A DNA stretch of 53,136 nt. Source: Alphaproteobacteria bacterium (lineage in GTDB: Bacteria; Pseudomonadota; Alphaproteobacteria; UBA9219). The position numbers and the translations under genes were made by a program. The stretch lies in NCBI GenBank assembly GCA_049276515.1, contig JBASWO010000111.1, forward strand, positions 1-53,136. The letters run 5' to 3'. The notes under the pieces were generated by a model. It made no database searches, was not told the origin of the DNA, and worked only from the letters and a program-made list of their open reading frames with translations. Shown here piece by piece: positions 10,351 through 20,971 of the stretch; position 1 is the first letter of the stretch; every line of letters begins with the position of its first letter.

Positions 10351-10418
10351 AACACGACATATTGGCCGTTTACATCTCCTTCCATTATAACCTTGCTAAC
10401 AAAACAAGGCGGGTCAGG

Positions 10419-11183
10419 ATGCGCTTCCTATACTTACTGTTATTCACATTGATTGCACATATTGCTCAGGCCGCAGAAATCGACACAACTGGATTCATGG
10501 ACCCGTTTACACGGATAGAAAAGTCACGTTGGTCACCAGCTAACGGCTGGGTCAATGGCGACCATCAAGCCTGCGAATGGCGCGCTAATTCAGCATTTGT
10601 AGTTCGCGAAAAATTGCAATTAGTTATAGCTAAAAATCGCCTTGGCAAACTGCGACCAACAGCATGCCCCGAACTACATACAAAAAAACTGTCCGGTTAT
10701 GGTTATTATGAGGCGCGCATGAAGATAGCAGCCGGCTCAGGGCTTAACACTAATCTCTTCACTTATATTGGACCGCCAACAGGCTCCCCCGAACATGATG
10801 AAATTGATTTTGAGTTTCTGGGTAAAGACACACGCAAAGTACAAATCAATTATTTTACCAACGGCAAAGGAAAGCATGAGGTTATGTTGCCTCTTGGTTT
10901 TGACGCATCGGAAGAATTCCATGACTATGCTTTTGAATGGACAGCCAATAAAATTCGCTGGTTCGTTGATGGCAAGATGGCCCACGAAACTCCCCCAAAT
11001 GCTATAATTCCTCACAATCCTGGGCGTATCTATTTAAGCCTATGGGCTGGCTCAAAAATTCAAGATTCTTGGCTGGGGCCCTTTCAATTTACAAAACCGA
11101 TTACAGCAGAAGTTGAATGGGTTGCGTTTACACCCGAAGGCAAAAAATGCCTTTTCCCTGAATCGGTAAGCTGCAAACAGTAA
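10419..11183 (+). CDS. secreted GH16 endo-beta-glucanase (ExoK-like EPS depolymerase)
   Basis: GH16 catalytic motif EHDEIDFEFLG. Signal peptide MRFLYLLLFTLIAHIAQA from ATG 10419; the track start 10362 is a TTG. Confidence 0.88.
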   Translation: MRFLYLLLFTLIAHIAQAAEIDTTGFMDPFTRIEKSRWSPANGWVNGDHQACEWRANSAFVVREKLQLVIAKNRLGKLRPTACPELHTKKLSGYGYYEARMKIAAGSGLNTNLFTYIGPPTGSPEHDEIDFEFLGKDTRKVQINYFTNGKGKHEVMLPLGFDASEEFHDYAFEWTANKIRWFVDGKMAHETPPNAIIPHNPGRIYLSLWAGSKIQDSWLGPFQFTKPITAEVEWVAFTPEGKKCLFPESVSCKQ

Positions 11184-11195
11184 TTTGGTGATGTT

Positions 11196-12338
11196 GTGAA
11201 AATCCTTCTACTTGCACACGACGTATCAGATGCCGCTGTCCACAAACGCGTTGCGATGCTGCGCATAGGAGGTGCTGATGTTAGCGTTGCAGGCTTTCGT
11301 CGCACCCCTCGGCCCGTTCTGCATGTTGGCGATACGCCACCGACAGATTTTGGCCGCACTTTCGATGGCTTTTTTCTGCAACGTATTTTTACTGTGTTGC
11401 GCGAGGTACTTTTTATTGGCCGTCGTAATTCACTCTTCCAAAATTGTGATGTGATTATTGCTCGCAATCTAGAAATGTTGGCGATTGCTGTAACTGGACG
11501 CGCCTGCTGCGGCAATAAAAAGCCCAAAATCATCTATGAATGTCTAGATATCCATCGCTTGGTATTGAATAAAGGTATTGTCGGCACATGGCTGCGTAAT
11601 CTTGAAGGTTGGTTGAGCAAACGCGCATCGACGCTTTTTACAAGCTCGCCGGCTTTCGTTCAAAATTACTTTGAACCTTTATCACAAATACAATTACCGG
11701 TTCGTATTATTGAAAATAAAATTCTTGATGCTGACCAAAACATAGAAACACCAAACCAATCGCGACAGGCAACAGAACCATGGGTCATTGGATGGTTTGG
11801 CATTATTCGGTGTCGTAAAAGCCTCGATATTCTAGCCGAGTTGGTTCAACACAATGCTGGCAAGATCAAAGTCATTATTCGCGGTCGTCCTGCTTTAGAT
11901 CAGTTTGATGATTTTCATGCGATCATTGCAAACACACCAGGCCTTGAATTTGGTGGTGTCTACACAGCAACTGAGCTCCCCGCCCTCTACAGAGATGTCC
12001 ACTTCAGCTGGGCAATTGATATGTATGAAGAAGGGCAAAATTCAGCATGGCTTTTGCCCAATCGCCTTTATGAGGGCTGCGCCCATCATGCTGTGCCTAT
12101 TGCATTGGATAATGTGGAAACCGGCACCTGGCTGAAAAGACACAATATTGGCATTGTTCTGTCGTTACCTTTGGCCCAATCCTTGAGCCGTTTCTTCAAT
12201 AAAATTACATCCCAGCAATACGCTATGCTAGAAAAAGCCGTTATGAATGTGTCTAGAGATACATGGATTGCCGATCGCAAGGAATGCGTGGAATTGGTTG
12301 ATTATTTGCGTTCAGTAAAGGACCCCCTCAATGCCTGA
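11196..12338 (+). CDS. GT-B type glycosyltransferase, ExoL-like by position and N-terminal motif
   Basis: N-terminus MKILLLAHDVSDAAVHKRVAMLRIGGADVSVAGFRR, as I recall for ExoL-annotated proteins (from memory, unverified). It sits between the ExoK-like and ExoA-like genes. GTG start. Confidence 0.65.
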   Translation: MKILLLAHDVSDAAVHKRVAMLRIGGADVSVAGFRRTPRPVLHVGDTPPTDFGRTFDGFFLQRIFTVLREVLFIGRRNSLFQNCDVIIARNLEMLAIAVTGRACCGNKKPKIIYECLDIHRLVLNKGIVGTWLRNLEGWLSKRASTLFTSSPAFVQNYFEPLSQIQLPVRIIENKILDADQNIETPNQSRQATEPWVIGWFGIIRCRKSLDILAELVQHNAGKIKVIIRGRPALDQFDDFHAIIANTPGLEFGGVYTATELPALYRDVHFSWAIDMYEEGQNSAWLLPNRLYEGCAHHAVPIALDNVETGTWLKRHNIGIVLSLPLAQSLSRFFNKITSQQYAMLEKAVMNVSRDTWIADRKECVELVDYLRSVKDPLNA

Positions 12339-13284
12339 TGCCCTAATTGTTATCCCATGCCTCAATGAGGAAGATCATATTGGTGCTTTAGCCAACCAAT
12401 TTGCCAAAAATAATCCCGACACATTAATCGTTATCGTCGATGGTGGCAGTACAGATCAAACAGTTCAAATTGCAGAAGGGCTAGCCGCTAATAATCCAAA
12501 CATTAAATATTTGCACAATCCTGACCGTATTCAAAGTGCGGCAGTAAACAGAGCCATCAAAACCTATGGCGGTGATCTCAAATACCTCATCCGTGTCGAT
12601 GCCCATGCAGAATATCCCGATGATTACTGCAACATCCTAATTGCCGATGCCGAGAAAACACACGCGGCATCAGTTGTTGTACCAATGCATACGATAGGCA
12701 AAGATCCTTTCCAACGCGCCGTTGCAGCCGCACAAAATTCGTTGCTCGGCAATGGCGGCTCAGCCCACCGCACGATCGGCAAAGAAGGTAAATGGGTTGA
12801 TCACGGTCATCATGCCCTGATCCGTATCAATGCCTTTCGCGCTATGGCTGGTTATGATGAAAAATTTAGCCATAATGAAGATGCCGAATTGGATGCACGC
12901 CTCATACGTGCTCGTTACCGTATCTGGCTAACCGGTAAAACATTTCTCACTTATTATCCGCGCACAGAATCTTGGTCTCTGTTCTGTCAGTATTTCAATT
13001 ATGGCAACGGCCGCGCACGTAATATTCTCAAAAATAGACTTAAGCCTAAAGCACGGCAGTTGGCACCAGCCGCCGTATTGCCAGCCATCATTCTGGCTCT
13101 GTTTGGCTTTACGTTGCCAATGCTTATCTGGTTTTTCGCCTGCCTAGCCTTTGGTATTTGCCTTGCTGTTCAAGTACAGGATCGGTGGATAGCCTTATCT
13201 GGCCCTGCCGCCATGCTGATGCATCTCGGATGGTCATGCGGCTTTTGGGCGGGCATTGCGAGTAATCCGCGGAGGATATTGTGA
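12331..13284 (+). CDS. GT2 glycosyltransferase with C-terminal TM segments, ExoA-like
   Basis: IVIPCLNEE...IVIVDGGSTDQT, HNEDAELDARL, and a hydrophobic C-terminal tail. 8-nt overlap with the upstream gene. Confidence 0.8.
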   Translation: MPDALIVIPCLNEEDHIGALANQFAKNNPDTLIVIVDGGSTDQTVQIAEGLAANNPNIKYLHNPDRIQSAAVNRAIKTYGGDLKYLIRVDAHAEYPDDYCNILIADAEKTHAASVVVPMHTIGKDPFQRAVAAAQNSLLGNGGSAHRTIGKEGKWVDHGHHALIRINAFRAMAGYDEKFSHNEDAELDARLIRARYRIWLTGKTFLTYYPRTESWSLFCQYFNYGNGRARNILKNRLKPKARQLAPAAVLPAIILALFGFTLPMLIWFFACLAFGICLAVQVQDRWIALSGPAAMLMHLGWSCGFWAGIASNPRRIL

Positions 13285-14183
13285 CCGCGATTGATATCGG
13301 CGTTTGCACCTTCCGCCGTGAACATATTACCAAAACATTATGCTCGCTCGCTGCACTTAAACTAAAACCAGGCTGGCAGGTAAGAGTCATTGTTGCCGAT
13401 AATGACGAACATCCCAGCGCTAAAGATCACATTGAAACTGCTGCCAAAGATTACAAACTAAATCTCACGTATGTTCACGCCCCTGCCCGCAATATCTCAA
13501 TTGCCCGCAATGCCTGCTTACGCACCGCAACAGCACCCTATCTCGCCTTTATTGATGATGATGAGATCGTTACGTCAGAATGGCTCATCACGCTTATGGA
13601 TAAGTTAGACGGCAGTAAGGCCGATGTTGTTCTAGGCCCCGTTCAAGCCCTTTATGCTGAGCACCATCCAATATGGATGAAAAAAGGCAATTTCCACGCA
13701 ACCCAGCCTGTTTGGGTGAACGGAAAGATTATCACAGGCTATAGCTGCAATGTACTTATGCGCTGGGCGGGATCAAAATGGCAGAACCTACGATTTCTGG
13801 AAGAACTTGGTAATTCAGGCGGTGAGGATACCGTCTTCTTTGCTACAGCCCATAAAACGGGTGCAGTGATTGAATTTGCACCAAACGCTCTTGCAATTGA
13901 GGCCGTTACTGACCAACGTGCCAGCCGTATGTGGTTATTAAAACGCGCTTTCCGCTCAGGCCAAACGCATGGCTATATATTACTGGAGAAAAGTCGCGAG
14001 CATCATGCCCTGCACGCTTTCTATGTACTTCGTGCGGCCTTAAAAGCAGATATCTGCTTTCTTGTGGCGCTGTCGATGTTTTGGTACCCAAAAAAATTCT
14101 ATTTCTGGCTCCAACGCGGCACCCTGCACACCGGTGTCGTTGCACGTTTACTAGGCCAGAAGGAGTTGAAGCAATATGGCTGA
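13281..14183 (+). CDS. GT2 glycosyltransferase, ExoM-like
   Basis: IDIGVCTFRREHI N-terminus, FIDDDE (DxD) and GGEDTVFF. GTG start with GGAGGA 5 nt upstream. GTGA overlap with the upstream gene. Confidence 0.8.
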   Translation: MTAIDIGVCTFRREHITKTLCSLAALKLKPGWQVRVIVADNDEHPSAKDHIETAAKDYKLNLTYVHAPARNISIARNACLRTATAPYLAFIDDDEIVTSEWLITLMDKLDGSKADVVLGPVQALYAEHHPIWMKKGNFHATQPVWVNGKIITGYSCNVLMRWAGSKWQNLRFLEELGNSGGEDTVFFATAHKTGAVIEFAPNALAIEAVTDQRASRMWLLKRAFRSGQTHGYILLEKSREHHALHAFYVLRAALKADICFLVALSMFWYPKKFYFWLQRGTLHTGVVARLLGQKELKQYG

Positions 14184-15108
14184 TGTGATGCCTGATGTCT
14201 CAATCATCATTGCTGCTTATAATGTCGAAAATTATATCGAGCAGGCCATTCATAGTGCCCTCAATCAAAACGGCGTTTCAGTTGAGATTATTGTTGTAAA
14301 CGACGCATCAAAGGATGGAACAAAAGCTGCCATTGCCTGTGTTAAGGATCCGCGCATCACCACCATTGATCTTGCAACTAATAAAGGAGCGGCTGGTGCA
14401 CGCAATGCCGGCATAGCAGTTGCTAAGGGCAGATGGATTGCTGTATTGGATGGTGATGACGCTTTAACACCTAATCGCCTTAAGGATTGTCTCGCAAAAG
14501 CTGGAGATGCCGATATCATCACAGATAATTTACAAGTGCGTGATGAAAGCACTGGCAACTATTATAATATGTATCCAGAAGCTTTTTTTACCCGCACACC
14601 CATTCTCAATCTAACGACCTTTATTAAGGGCAATCAGTCGTTTTTAGGTGATGGTATTTCACTGGGTTACCTGAAGCCAATATTCGCATGCGCTTTCCTG
14701 CAAAAGCACGATCTTCAATATGATCCCGATATCCATATCGGGGAGGATTATATGCTGCTGGCCGAAGCGCTCGCTGCAGGCGCTCTATGCAAAACCATCA
14801 ATGATAACGGCTATATTTATACTAAACGTAGAGGCTCTACCTCACATCGCTTAACGCTTGATGATATCCACCGCATACAGAGTGGCGATAAGAAATTCCT
14901 CGCAAAATATCCTTTAAATGCCGAAGCACAAGACGCACAAAACAAACGTACAGCTAATCTCGCGCAAGCCGCAGCTTTTACACAATTGGTTGAGGCCATT
15001 AAGCAGCACAAAATGGCTGATATCTTTACAATTGCCCTTGAACACCCTTCGGTATTATTTCTTCTATGGCGACCGTTATTTGCCCGGGTAAGCAAGATCA
15101 TTGGTTAG
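14176..15108 (+). CDS. GT2 glycosyltransferase, ExoO-like
   Basis: VSIIIAAYNVENYIEQAIHSALNQ, VVNDASKDGT and VLDGDD. 8-nt overlap with the upstream gene. Confidence 0.8.
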   Translation: MADVMPDVSIIIAAYNVENYIEQAIHSALNQNGVSVEIIVVNDASKDGTKAAIACVKDPRITTIDLATNKGAAGARNAGIAVAKGRWIAVLDGDDALTPNRLKDCLAKAGDADIITDNLQVRDESTGNYYNMYPEAFFTRTPILNLTTFIKGNQSFLGDGISLGYLKPIFACAFLQKHDLQYDPDIHIGEDYMLLAEALAAGALCKTINDNGYIYTKRRGSTSHRLTLDDIHRIQSGDKKFLAKYPLNAEAQDAQNKRTANLAQAAAFTQLVEAIKQHKMADIFTIALEHPSVLFLLWRPLFARVSKIIG

Positions 15109-15109
15109 T

Positions 15110-16417
15110 ATGAAAAAAAGCAAAACCAGCAAAAAAGACGAACCTATTTATATCCGTCCGGAATGGCAGGATAAAAAAATCTCAGCACCCTTGGTTGAAG
15201 GCAAATCGCAATATCCGCAGATCACTGATTTTTTTGCCACCATCTATTGCGCCCTGACTTTTAATATTATGGCTTATTCTGGCCTTTTTGGCATGATGTC
15301 CATTCTGCTCTTTTATGCCATTTGGTTGCCGCATGGCTTCTACAAAGGTAATTTTAGGCTTCTGCCATCGAAGGATATGCTTGCACCAGCAATTTTTGTT
15401 GGGTTTTGTGTTCTCTCCGTTCTTTGGTCAGACTACCGTTCGATCAGCCTGCGCTACGGTGTGGAGTTTGCTTCGATGGTCGCCTGCGTCTTCATCATGT
15501 CACGCCTCGTAAGCATTAATGCCTTTATCAAAGGCCTGACGATTGGTGCCTCAGTAGCGCTTATCGCCACGCTTATTAACGGCAATTACGGCATGGACTA
15601 TGTGAGTGGCGATTATGCGCTAGTCGGTCTCTTCGGATCAAAAAATCAGGTCGGCTTTGTTGCTGAAATCGGTGTTATTGCATCCATCGTTTATCTTTTT
15701 GGCAAGCATCGCCCTCTTAGCAAATTTATTTACGCCTTTATTCCCTTAGGCCTTTGCGCTGTCTGTCTTAAACTCAGCAGCTCAGCATCATCCGTGATAA
15801 CTCTTATCATTGCATTAGGCGTTATGATGGTGGGCTATTATCTGAATAAATTCCCGAAGCGCTTCCGTGCTGTAACGCTGGTTTTGGGTATCTTCATTAT
15901 CAGCACCCTCACTTTGTTTGCTATGTATATTGGCTGGCAAGATGCTTTGCTGGGTATTTTTGGCAAAGACACAACTTTAACGGGTCGCACTTATCTGTGG
16001 GACGAAGGCATGAAGGTCGGCAGCGAAGACCCTATTTTAGGTCATGGCTACGCAGCTTTTTGGGTGCCCGGCCAACAAGCTGCTGAGAAGTATTGGTTTA
16101 AATTTATGATTTTTGGTCGAAGCGGTTTCCATTTCCATAATCTTTACATTCAATCTTTTGTCGATTTAGGTGCGATAGGCTTTTTGCTGATCACGTCGTT
16201 AATTATTTTAAATTGCAAAAAAAGCTTTGGTTTTATTATCAAAAACGGTCTTAGCCCCACGGCCATTTTATGTCTCGGCTTTGCCTTTATGTTCCTTACA
16301 CGTGCTTTTGTCGAAGTTGATTTCCTTGGCCCCTTCGGTATTGGACCACTGCTGTTTTTTGCGATCCTTCCACGCCTGGCTGGTGAAAACAGCCTTATGA
16401 AGTCTAAAAGCGTCTAG
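15110..16417 (+). CDS. O-antigen ligase/Wzy-family EPS polymerase (ExoQ-like)
   Basis: About 10 TM segments. Wzy_C-like loop GRSGFHFHNLYIQSFVDLGAIGFLL. ATG 15110 lies directly after the upstream stop; the track start is TTG 15101. Confidence 0.8.
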   Translation: MKKSKTSKKDEPIYIRPEWQDKKISAPLVEGKSQYPQITDFFATIYCALTFNIMAYSGLFGMMSILLFYAIWLPHGFYKGNFRLLPSKDMLAPAIFVGFCVLSVLWSDYRSISLRYGVEFASMVACVFIMSRLVSINAFIKGLTIGASVALIATLINGNYGMDYVSGDYALVGLFGSKNQVGFVAEIGVIASIVYLFGKHRPLSKFIYAFIPLGLCAVCLKLSSSASSVITLIIALGVMMVGYYLNKFPKRFRAVTLVLGIFIISTLTLFAMYIGWQDALLGIFGKDTTLTGRTYLWDEGMKVGSEDPILGHGYAAFWVPGQQAAEKYWFKFMIFGRSGFHFHNLYIQSFVDLGAIGFLLITSLIILNCKKSFGFIIKNGLSPTAILCLGFAFMFLTRAFVEVDFLGPFGIGPLLFFAILPRLAGENSLMKSKSV

Positions 16418-17307
16418 AATTTCTCTTTCGTCTTCAAACGATAGACATGTTCCATCATGCGCTCGTGAACACTATTCATCACTTGATCATCGCTTAAGCA
16501 GGACGACAACTTCGCAAGACGCGACAAATTATGTGCAGCTATATGCGTCAGTGATGCCTCCAATGGCTGCGCTAATGGTGAATTCACGATGGCTTTCCGC
16601 ATGAAAGATAACCGCGCTTCTTCAAGGCTTGATGGACAAATCTTGTGTGGCGCAAGCTTGATATCTAAAGCCTCAGCCCAATCATACCATTTTTCCCTGT
16701 GAATTTTGTTCATTGGCACAACCGGTATCCAGGGAACACGCAAAGCATCAGCAACGATAGCACCATGCATGGCCTCCGCTATCACGAACTTCGATCCCAT
16801 CAAATCTTTCACTACATCATCTACCGAGCGGCGCGGATCGATAAGCTTGATGCCCGCTAGACGACATACCTCTTCCCAATTGCCTCGCTCAAGACTTTCC
16901 CAATGAGGAATAAAAGAAATTGTTTCTGGTTTACGTAGTTTGGGATCGATAAAAGAACGGATCAGAATGGCGGAGTCGCCCAACGAAAATGAGGGCGCTA
17001 AATTCAAAGCCTGTGCCGTTCTGGGGCCCCGCACGAAATAGACGTCCCAATCAGGTCCACGAACATTGGGTGGCTTACGTAAAACAGGATCAGGGTTATA
17101 AGCAGGCACAAAACCGGCGCCGAAAACTATTTTGCGCGTATTTTGACCATAACCCTGAATATAGTCGGCACCTAATGACGAACCGATACCAATAAACACG
17201 ACTCGCTCATCTTCATCAAAAAAGCCAGGCAAAAGCCTAGGCCACAGCCATTCATTGAGATCATCACCGAAATTGAGATGTGTGCCTTTAAAAGCAAGAA
17301 TTTTCAT
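16414..17307 (-). CDS. polysaccharide pyruvyl transferase (ExoV-like ketal pyruvyl transferase)
   Basis: N-terminal NFGDDLNEWLWP motif typical of PF04230/ExoV-type enzymes. Its stop shares the CTAG tetranucleotide with the convergent polymerase gene. Confidence 0.8.
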   Translation of the reverse strand: MKILAFKGTHLNFGDDLNEWLWPRLLPGFFDEDERVVFIGIGSSLGADYIQGYGQNTRKIVFGAGFVPAYNPDPVLRKPPNVRGPDWDVYFVRGPRTAQALNLAPSFSLGDSAILIRSFIDPKLRKPETISFIPHWESLERGNWEEVCRLAGIKLIDPRRSVDDVVKDLMGSKFVIAEAMHGAIVADALRVPWIPVVPMNKIHREKWYDWAEALDIKLAPHKICPSSLEEARLSFMRKAIVNSPLAQPLEASLTHIAAHNLSRLAKLSSCLSDDQVMNSVHERMMEHVYRLKTKEKF

Positions 17308-17344
17308 TAGGGTCCAGAAAACACGTATTGTGGCGGATAACGGC

Positions 17345-18514
17345 TTAAGTTCTGACCAATCTGAGTCTTTTTAGCAAGCGTGCACGCAAGACTATCCAGT
17401 TTTCTTCCAAAAGCTTTAATTTTCCTCTGAAAGTCATCATGGGTTTTTCTACATAATGCCAAGATAACCACCCAATCAAGAAACAAATAGGCAGTGATAT
17501 TATAATATTTATGTACCACTCCCTCAGGGTTGGAAATAAATCAACTATGGTTTGCTGAATGACAGCTCCATATAAAAACATTCCATATGAATAATCTGCG
17601 CAGGCACTCAGCCAATTTCTTTTCGGATTACACAAGCCAAGATACACAGTCATATATGTCGCAGGCACAATGCTCAGATACATTCCGTAATATTTCATAT
17701 GCGAGAGCGTGATCACTGATAGCACAACGCTTACAATAAAGAGTGGCTTAGAAAATGGTATCTTGTCTCTATATAAATATAAGCCAACCCCACACAAGAA
17801 GAACATCACGAGGAACCGACCACGTACCATATCTATCACCATGGGAAATCCCTTGCCGTCAAGACGGTCGAGAACATCCACAAAAATCATGCCAACGATA
17901 ATGACAAATATTAGATATTTTCTCTTCGTTACCCCCAACAGCGCTATACCTGCCAGAGCAATATAACATTTAAGTTCGTACGGAACGGTCCAAAGTTGAA
18001 CGTTGACTATATTGGGGAATGGCTGGTCAGCAAAAACGCCAGGCAACAGGTAGCTAATATGACCTGTAACATTGAACATATAACGCCAAAAATCTTTAGC
18101 AGAAAAATAGTCTACGAGCGGTAAGCTCGTAAGAGCGGCACCTATAAGAAGTGCAGATAGTACTACCTCCACTATTAATGCTGGATAAATTCTAATAAAG
18201 CGAAGACCAAGAAAGTTAACCAAGGTGCGTGAGCGATCAAGGCTTCCACCGACAAGAAATCCACTTAATATGAAAAACATTGGAAGAATTAATTTAAGAA
18301 CAGGACGAGCCGGCCCTTCCCAAAAACGCATCACGTAATCCTGCCCATAGCAAAATGGCAGGCTATGGAAGAAAATGACACTCAGTGCCAACAATATGCG
18401 CATGTAATCAAAACCACTGGGGCGGAATTTTGCCTCAGCCAGTGCACATCCAAAAGTTTTTTGCACAGTTTTTCTTTTCGCGTGATCAGTCATATTTGGC
18501 GCACTCAATTCCAC
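17345..18514 (-). CDS. acyltransferase family 3 membrane protein (ExoH/ExoZ-like EPS O-acyl transferase)
   Basis: FDYMRILLALSVIFFHS motif and about 10 TM segments. GTG 18514 or ATG 18493 are both possible starts. Confidence 0.85.
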   Translation of the reverse strand: MELSAPNMTDHAKRKTVQKTFGCALAEAKFRPSGFDYMRILLALSVIFFHSLPFCYGQDYVMRFWEGPARPVLKLILPMFFILSGFLVGGSLDRSRTLVNFLGLRFIRIYPALIVEVVLSALLIGAALTSLPLVDYFSAKDFWRYMFNVTGHISYLLPGVFADQPFPNIVNVQLWTVPYELKCYIALAGIALLGVTKRKYLIFVIIVGMIFVDVLDRLDGKGFPMVIDMVRGRFLVMFFLCGVGLYLYRDKIPFSKPLFIVSVVLSVITLSHMKYYGMYLSIVPATYMTVYLGLCNPKRNWLSACADYSYGMFLYGAVIQQTIVDLFPTLREWYINIIISLPICFLIGWLSWHYVEKPMMTFRGKLKLLEENWIVLRARLLKRLRLVRT

Positions 18515-18779
18515 GAGAGTGCCTTTATCATTCCGCTCTTCAATACACCAATCTGAAATGCACGAAGACCGTCGATATCAGCTCGATATTTTGGCGACTT
18601 AGAAACAACTGAGTTAAAAGTTATTTTCACGCCTTATCCCCATCAGATAAGGGGCATTCGGCAACCGCATAATGGCTGCGGCTAAGCGAGGTACGTTTTA
18701 CGTAATCGCAAAAATAATCTTGACTAACCCTATTACAGGGAGGGGGTAGCAACACATTGTTATTACTCATTGTTTTTAC

Positions 18780-19955
18780 CTAAAATGTACCTGCCCATGG
18801 CATCGGCGTGATCGGAGCAAAAGTCGATTGCACTTTAGTCGGTTGCGTTTGCGCTGGATGTTGCAAAGCTTCCGTCAGTTCCGTGATGTGAACGGCAAGT
18901 TCAGCTGAAAGGCGACTAGGACGCCCCGCTCGAATAGATGCAGATTGCTCAGCAATACCTCGGCAGAAATCCATAGGATTTGCGCGCACTGGTTTTGCAA
19001 AATTTGCTTCGCGTACGAGAGGTACGATCTTTGGAACTTCAACCTTTGGCTTCTCTATTCCTAAGCGGCGTTTAACACGGCTTACCAAATCACGTTTTGG
19101 TGGCTCCCAATGCTTAACAGTATCTTGGATGGTTAGTTTGCCACCATAATTCCAAACATCATCAAGCGTAATGCGAGCCTTCTCGCCAATGATCGTTAGC
19201 GATCTATCGAGAGGTGCCACGATACTACAGGTCAGACGTGCGGTTACGCCGTCATCATATTCAAGGCATCCAACAGAAAAATCAGGTGTCGTTATTTTAC
19301 AACCAAGATGAGCGCCCTTTTCTGGTATCAAAGACGATGAGTAAGATGAAATCCGGCGTGCGGGCCCAAAAATCTGTGCCAGAATGCCCAAATGATAACC
19401 GGCATGCTCATAAGTACAACCGATCTCGAACTCGTCCTTCGCCGGCCATTGAGTTTGATTGATGGTACGCCAGCTTTGATAGTCTTCAAGCGGTACCATG
19501 CCATCATCCATCTCGGCATAGATAAGGCGTATGCGGCCGAGCGAACCATCGCGCACAACCTTCCACATCGTCTGCACGGCCTCAGAAAGCATATTGCAAG
19601 GTGCTGCCGATAAACTAAGTCCGCGTGACTGCGCAAGAGAAACCAACTCCCTTGCCTCACTTGCAGTCATGCCAAGTGGCTTTTCTGAATAAACATGGCG
19701 GCCAGCTTCAAGGCAGGCTTTGGTAATCGCGTAATGCTCGCGAGGATTTGTCAGGTTGGCGATGATCTCAGCACCCGATTCCGCCAGCAAAGCATCCAAT
19801 GATTGAAAGGGACGTGTTTTAAAAAACTCGCAGAAGCCCTTTGTTCGCTCAGCCATCTTGTCATAGGCGCCAACAAGCTCAAGTTCAGGATGGTTTACGA
19901 AAGTCTGGGCATAAAGCGCCGCTACATAACCACAGCCAACAATTGCGACTTTCAT
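18780..19955 (-). CDS. Gfo/Idh/MocA family NAD(P)-dependent sugar oxidoreductase
   Basis: Rossmann N-terminus MKVAIVGCGYVA and EKPL motif (VYSEKPLG). Confidence 0.85.
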   Translation of the reverse strand: MKVAIVGCGYVAALYAQTFVNHPELELVGAYDKMAERTKGFCEFFKTRPFQSLDALLAESGAEIIANLTNPREHYAITKACLEAGRHVYSEKPLGMTASEARELVSLAQSRGLSLSAAPCNMLSEAVQTMWKVVRDGSLGRIRLIYAEMDDGMVPLEDYQSWRTINQTQWPAKDEFEIGCTYEHAGYHLGILAQIFGPARRISSYSSSLIPEKGAHLGCKITTPDFSVGCLEYDDGVTARLTCSIVAPLDRSLTIIGEKARITLDDVWNYGGKLTIQDTVKHWEPPKRDLVSRVKRRLGIEKPKVEVPKIVPLVREANFAKPVRANPMDFCRGIAEQSASIRAGRPSRLSAELAVHITELTEALQHPAQTQPTKVQSTFAPITPMPWAGTF

Positions 19956-19967
19956 GACATCAACCTT

Positions 19968-20957
19968 TTACTTACTTGCAAATGGAGCAAATGCCAGACG
20001 TTGAGCTTCGTCCAGACCATATTTAAAACGGTAACCCGCATCCATCAGTTTTTTGTTGGAATAGACCATCATTCCTAGCGGATAACGCAGCGAAAAACGC
20101 CTATTTGTAAGCATATCTATAAGATTATAAGCGAATACAGGCCCACCTAAAGTGCTGCGGAATTTCGGTGATCCGGTTAGAGCTTTAGCACGTGCCGCTA
20201 TAGCTGCACCAGTTACAGCTGAAGCCGCATCATCAGCCAAATTGAAAATCTCGACACCAGGTTTGGGTGTTGTGCGATCCAAAGACCGTTGCATGAACCA
20301 GACCAGCGCATGAGCAACGTCTTTTACATATATGTGGTGTTCGTGACGGCTTCCTAAGACAAATTGTTTTGGAAAATTACGTTGAGCAATGCCAACCATA
20401 ATAGGCAAATCCACAACAACAGTCGGCCGAAATATAACGCACTCCACATTAGAAGCTGCTGCAGCGAGTACTCTCTCGCCAAGAACCTTGCTGCGCCCAT
20501 AAGCTCTTATTGAAGGATTGCCGCGATATTCTTCAGCCACATCGCGATCACCTGTCAGCAAGGGCGTGTTTTCATTTACGTCTTTGCTCTTAGCACTGCC
20601 ATAGACAGTGATGCTGCTGGTAAAACCAAAGAAACGAACACCATAAGTATTAGCCGCCTCACCCAATGCCCGAGTTGCTTCAACATTGGCCATCGGCATT
20701 TTAGGGATATCCCAAAGATTAGCTGCCAAATGCTGAATGGCGTGACAACCTTCAACAAGCGCATCGACATCCGATGATTTGGCAAAATCTTGCTGACGCC
20801 ATTCAATATCAGTTGCAGCTTTTTGCTCAGCCGATAAAGGCTGGCTTGTCACAGCGCGAATTTTAAAGCCGTGTGCTTTTAATTCATCAACCACGTGACG
20901 GCCAATACGGCCTGTCGCACCTGTGACGAGAACCTTTATAGCTTCATTGTTCGGCAT
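19968..20957 (-). CDS. NAD-dependent epimerase/dehydratase (extended SDR)
   Basis: VLVTGATGRIGRHV glycine motif and YGRSK (YxxxK). AAGGA SD 8 nt upstream. Confidence 0.85.
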   Translation of the reverse strand: MPNNEAIKVLVTGATGRIGRHVVDELKAHGFKIRAVTSQPLSAEQKAATDIEWRQQDFAKSSDVDALVEGCHAIQHLAANLWDIPKMPMANVEATRALGEAANTYGVRFFGFTSSITVYGSAKSKDVNENTPLLTGDRDVAEEYRGNPSIRAYGRSKVLGERVLAAAASNVECVIFRPTVVVDLPIMVGIAQRNFPKQFVLGSRHEHHIYVKDVAHALVWFMQRSLDRTTPKPGVEIFNLADDAASAVTGAAIAARAKALTGSPKFRSTLGGPVFAYNLIDMLTNRRFSLRYPLGMMVYSNKKLMDAGYRFKYGLDEAQRLAFAPFASK

Positions 20958-20971
20958 AATGACGTCCTTAC

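Noticed and set aside
18515-18779. 265-nt intergenic region with small hairpins (CCTTATC/GATAAGG), considered as an sRNA or riboswitch
   Set aside because: It has only short, weak stems with no U-tract, and no recognisable riboswitch core. The simplest explanation is a terminator and promoter spacer between the oxidoreductase operon and the acyltransferase gene.
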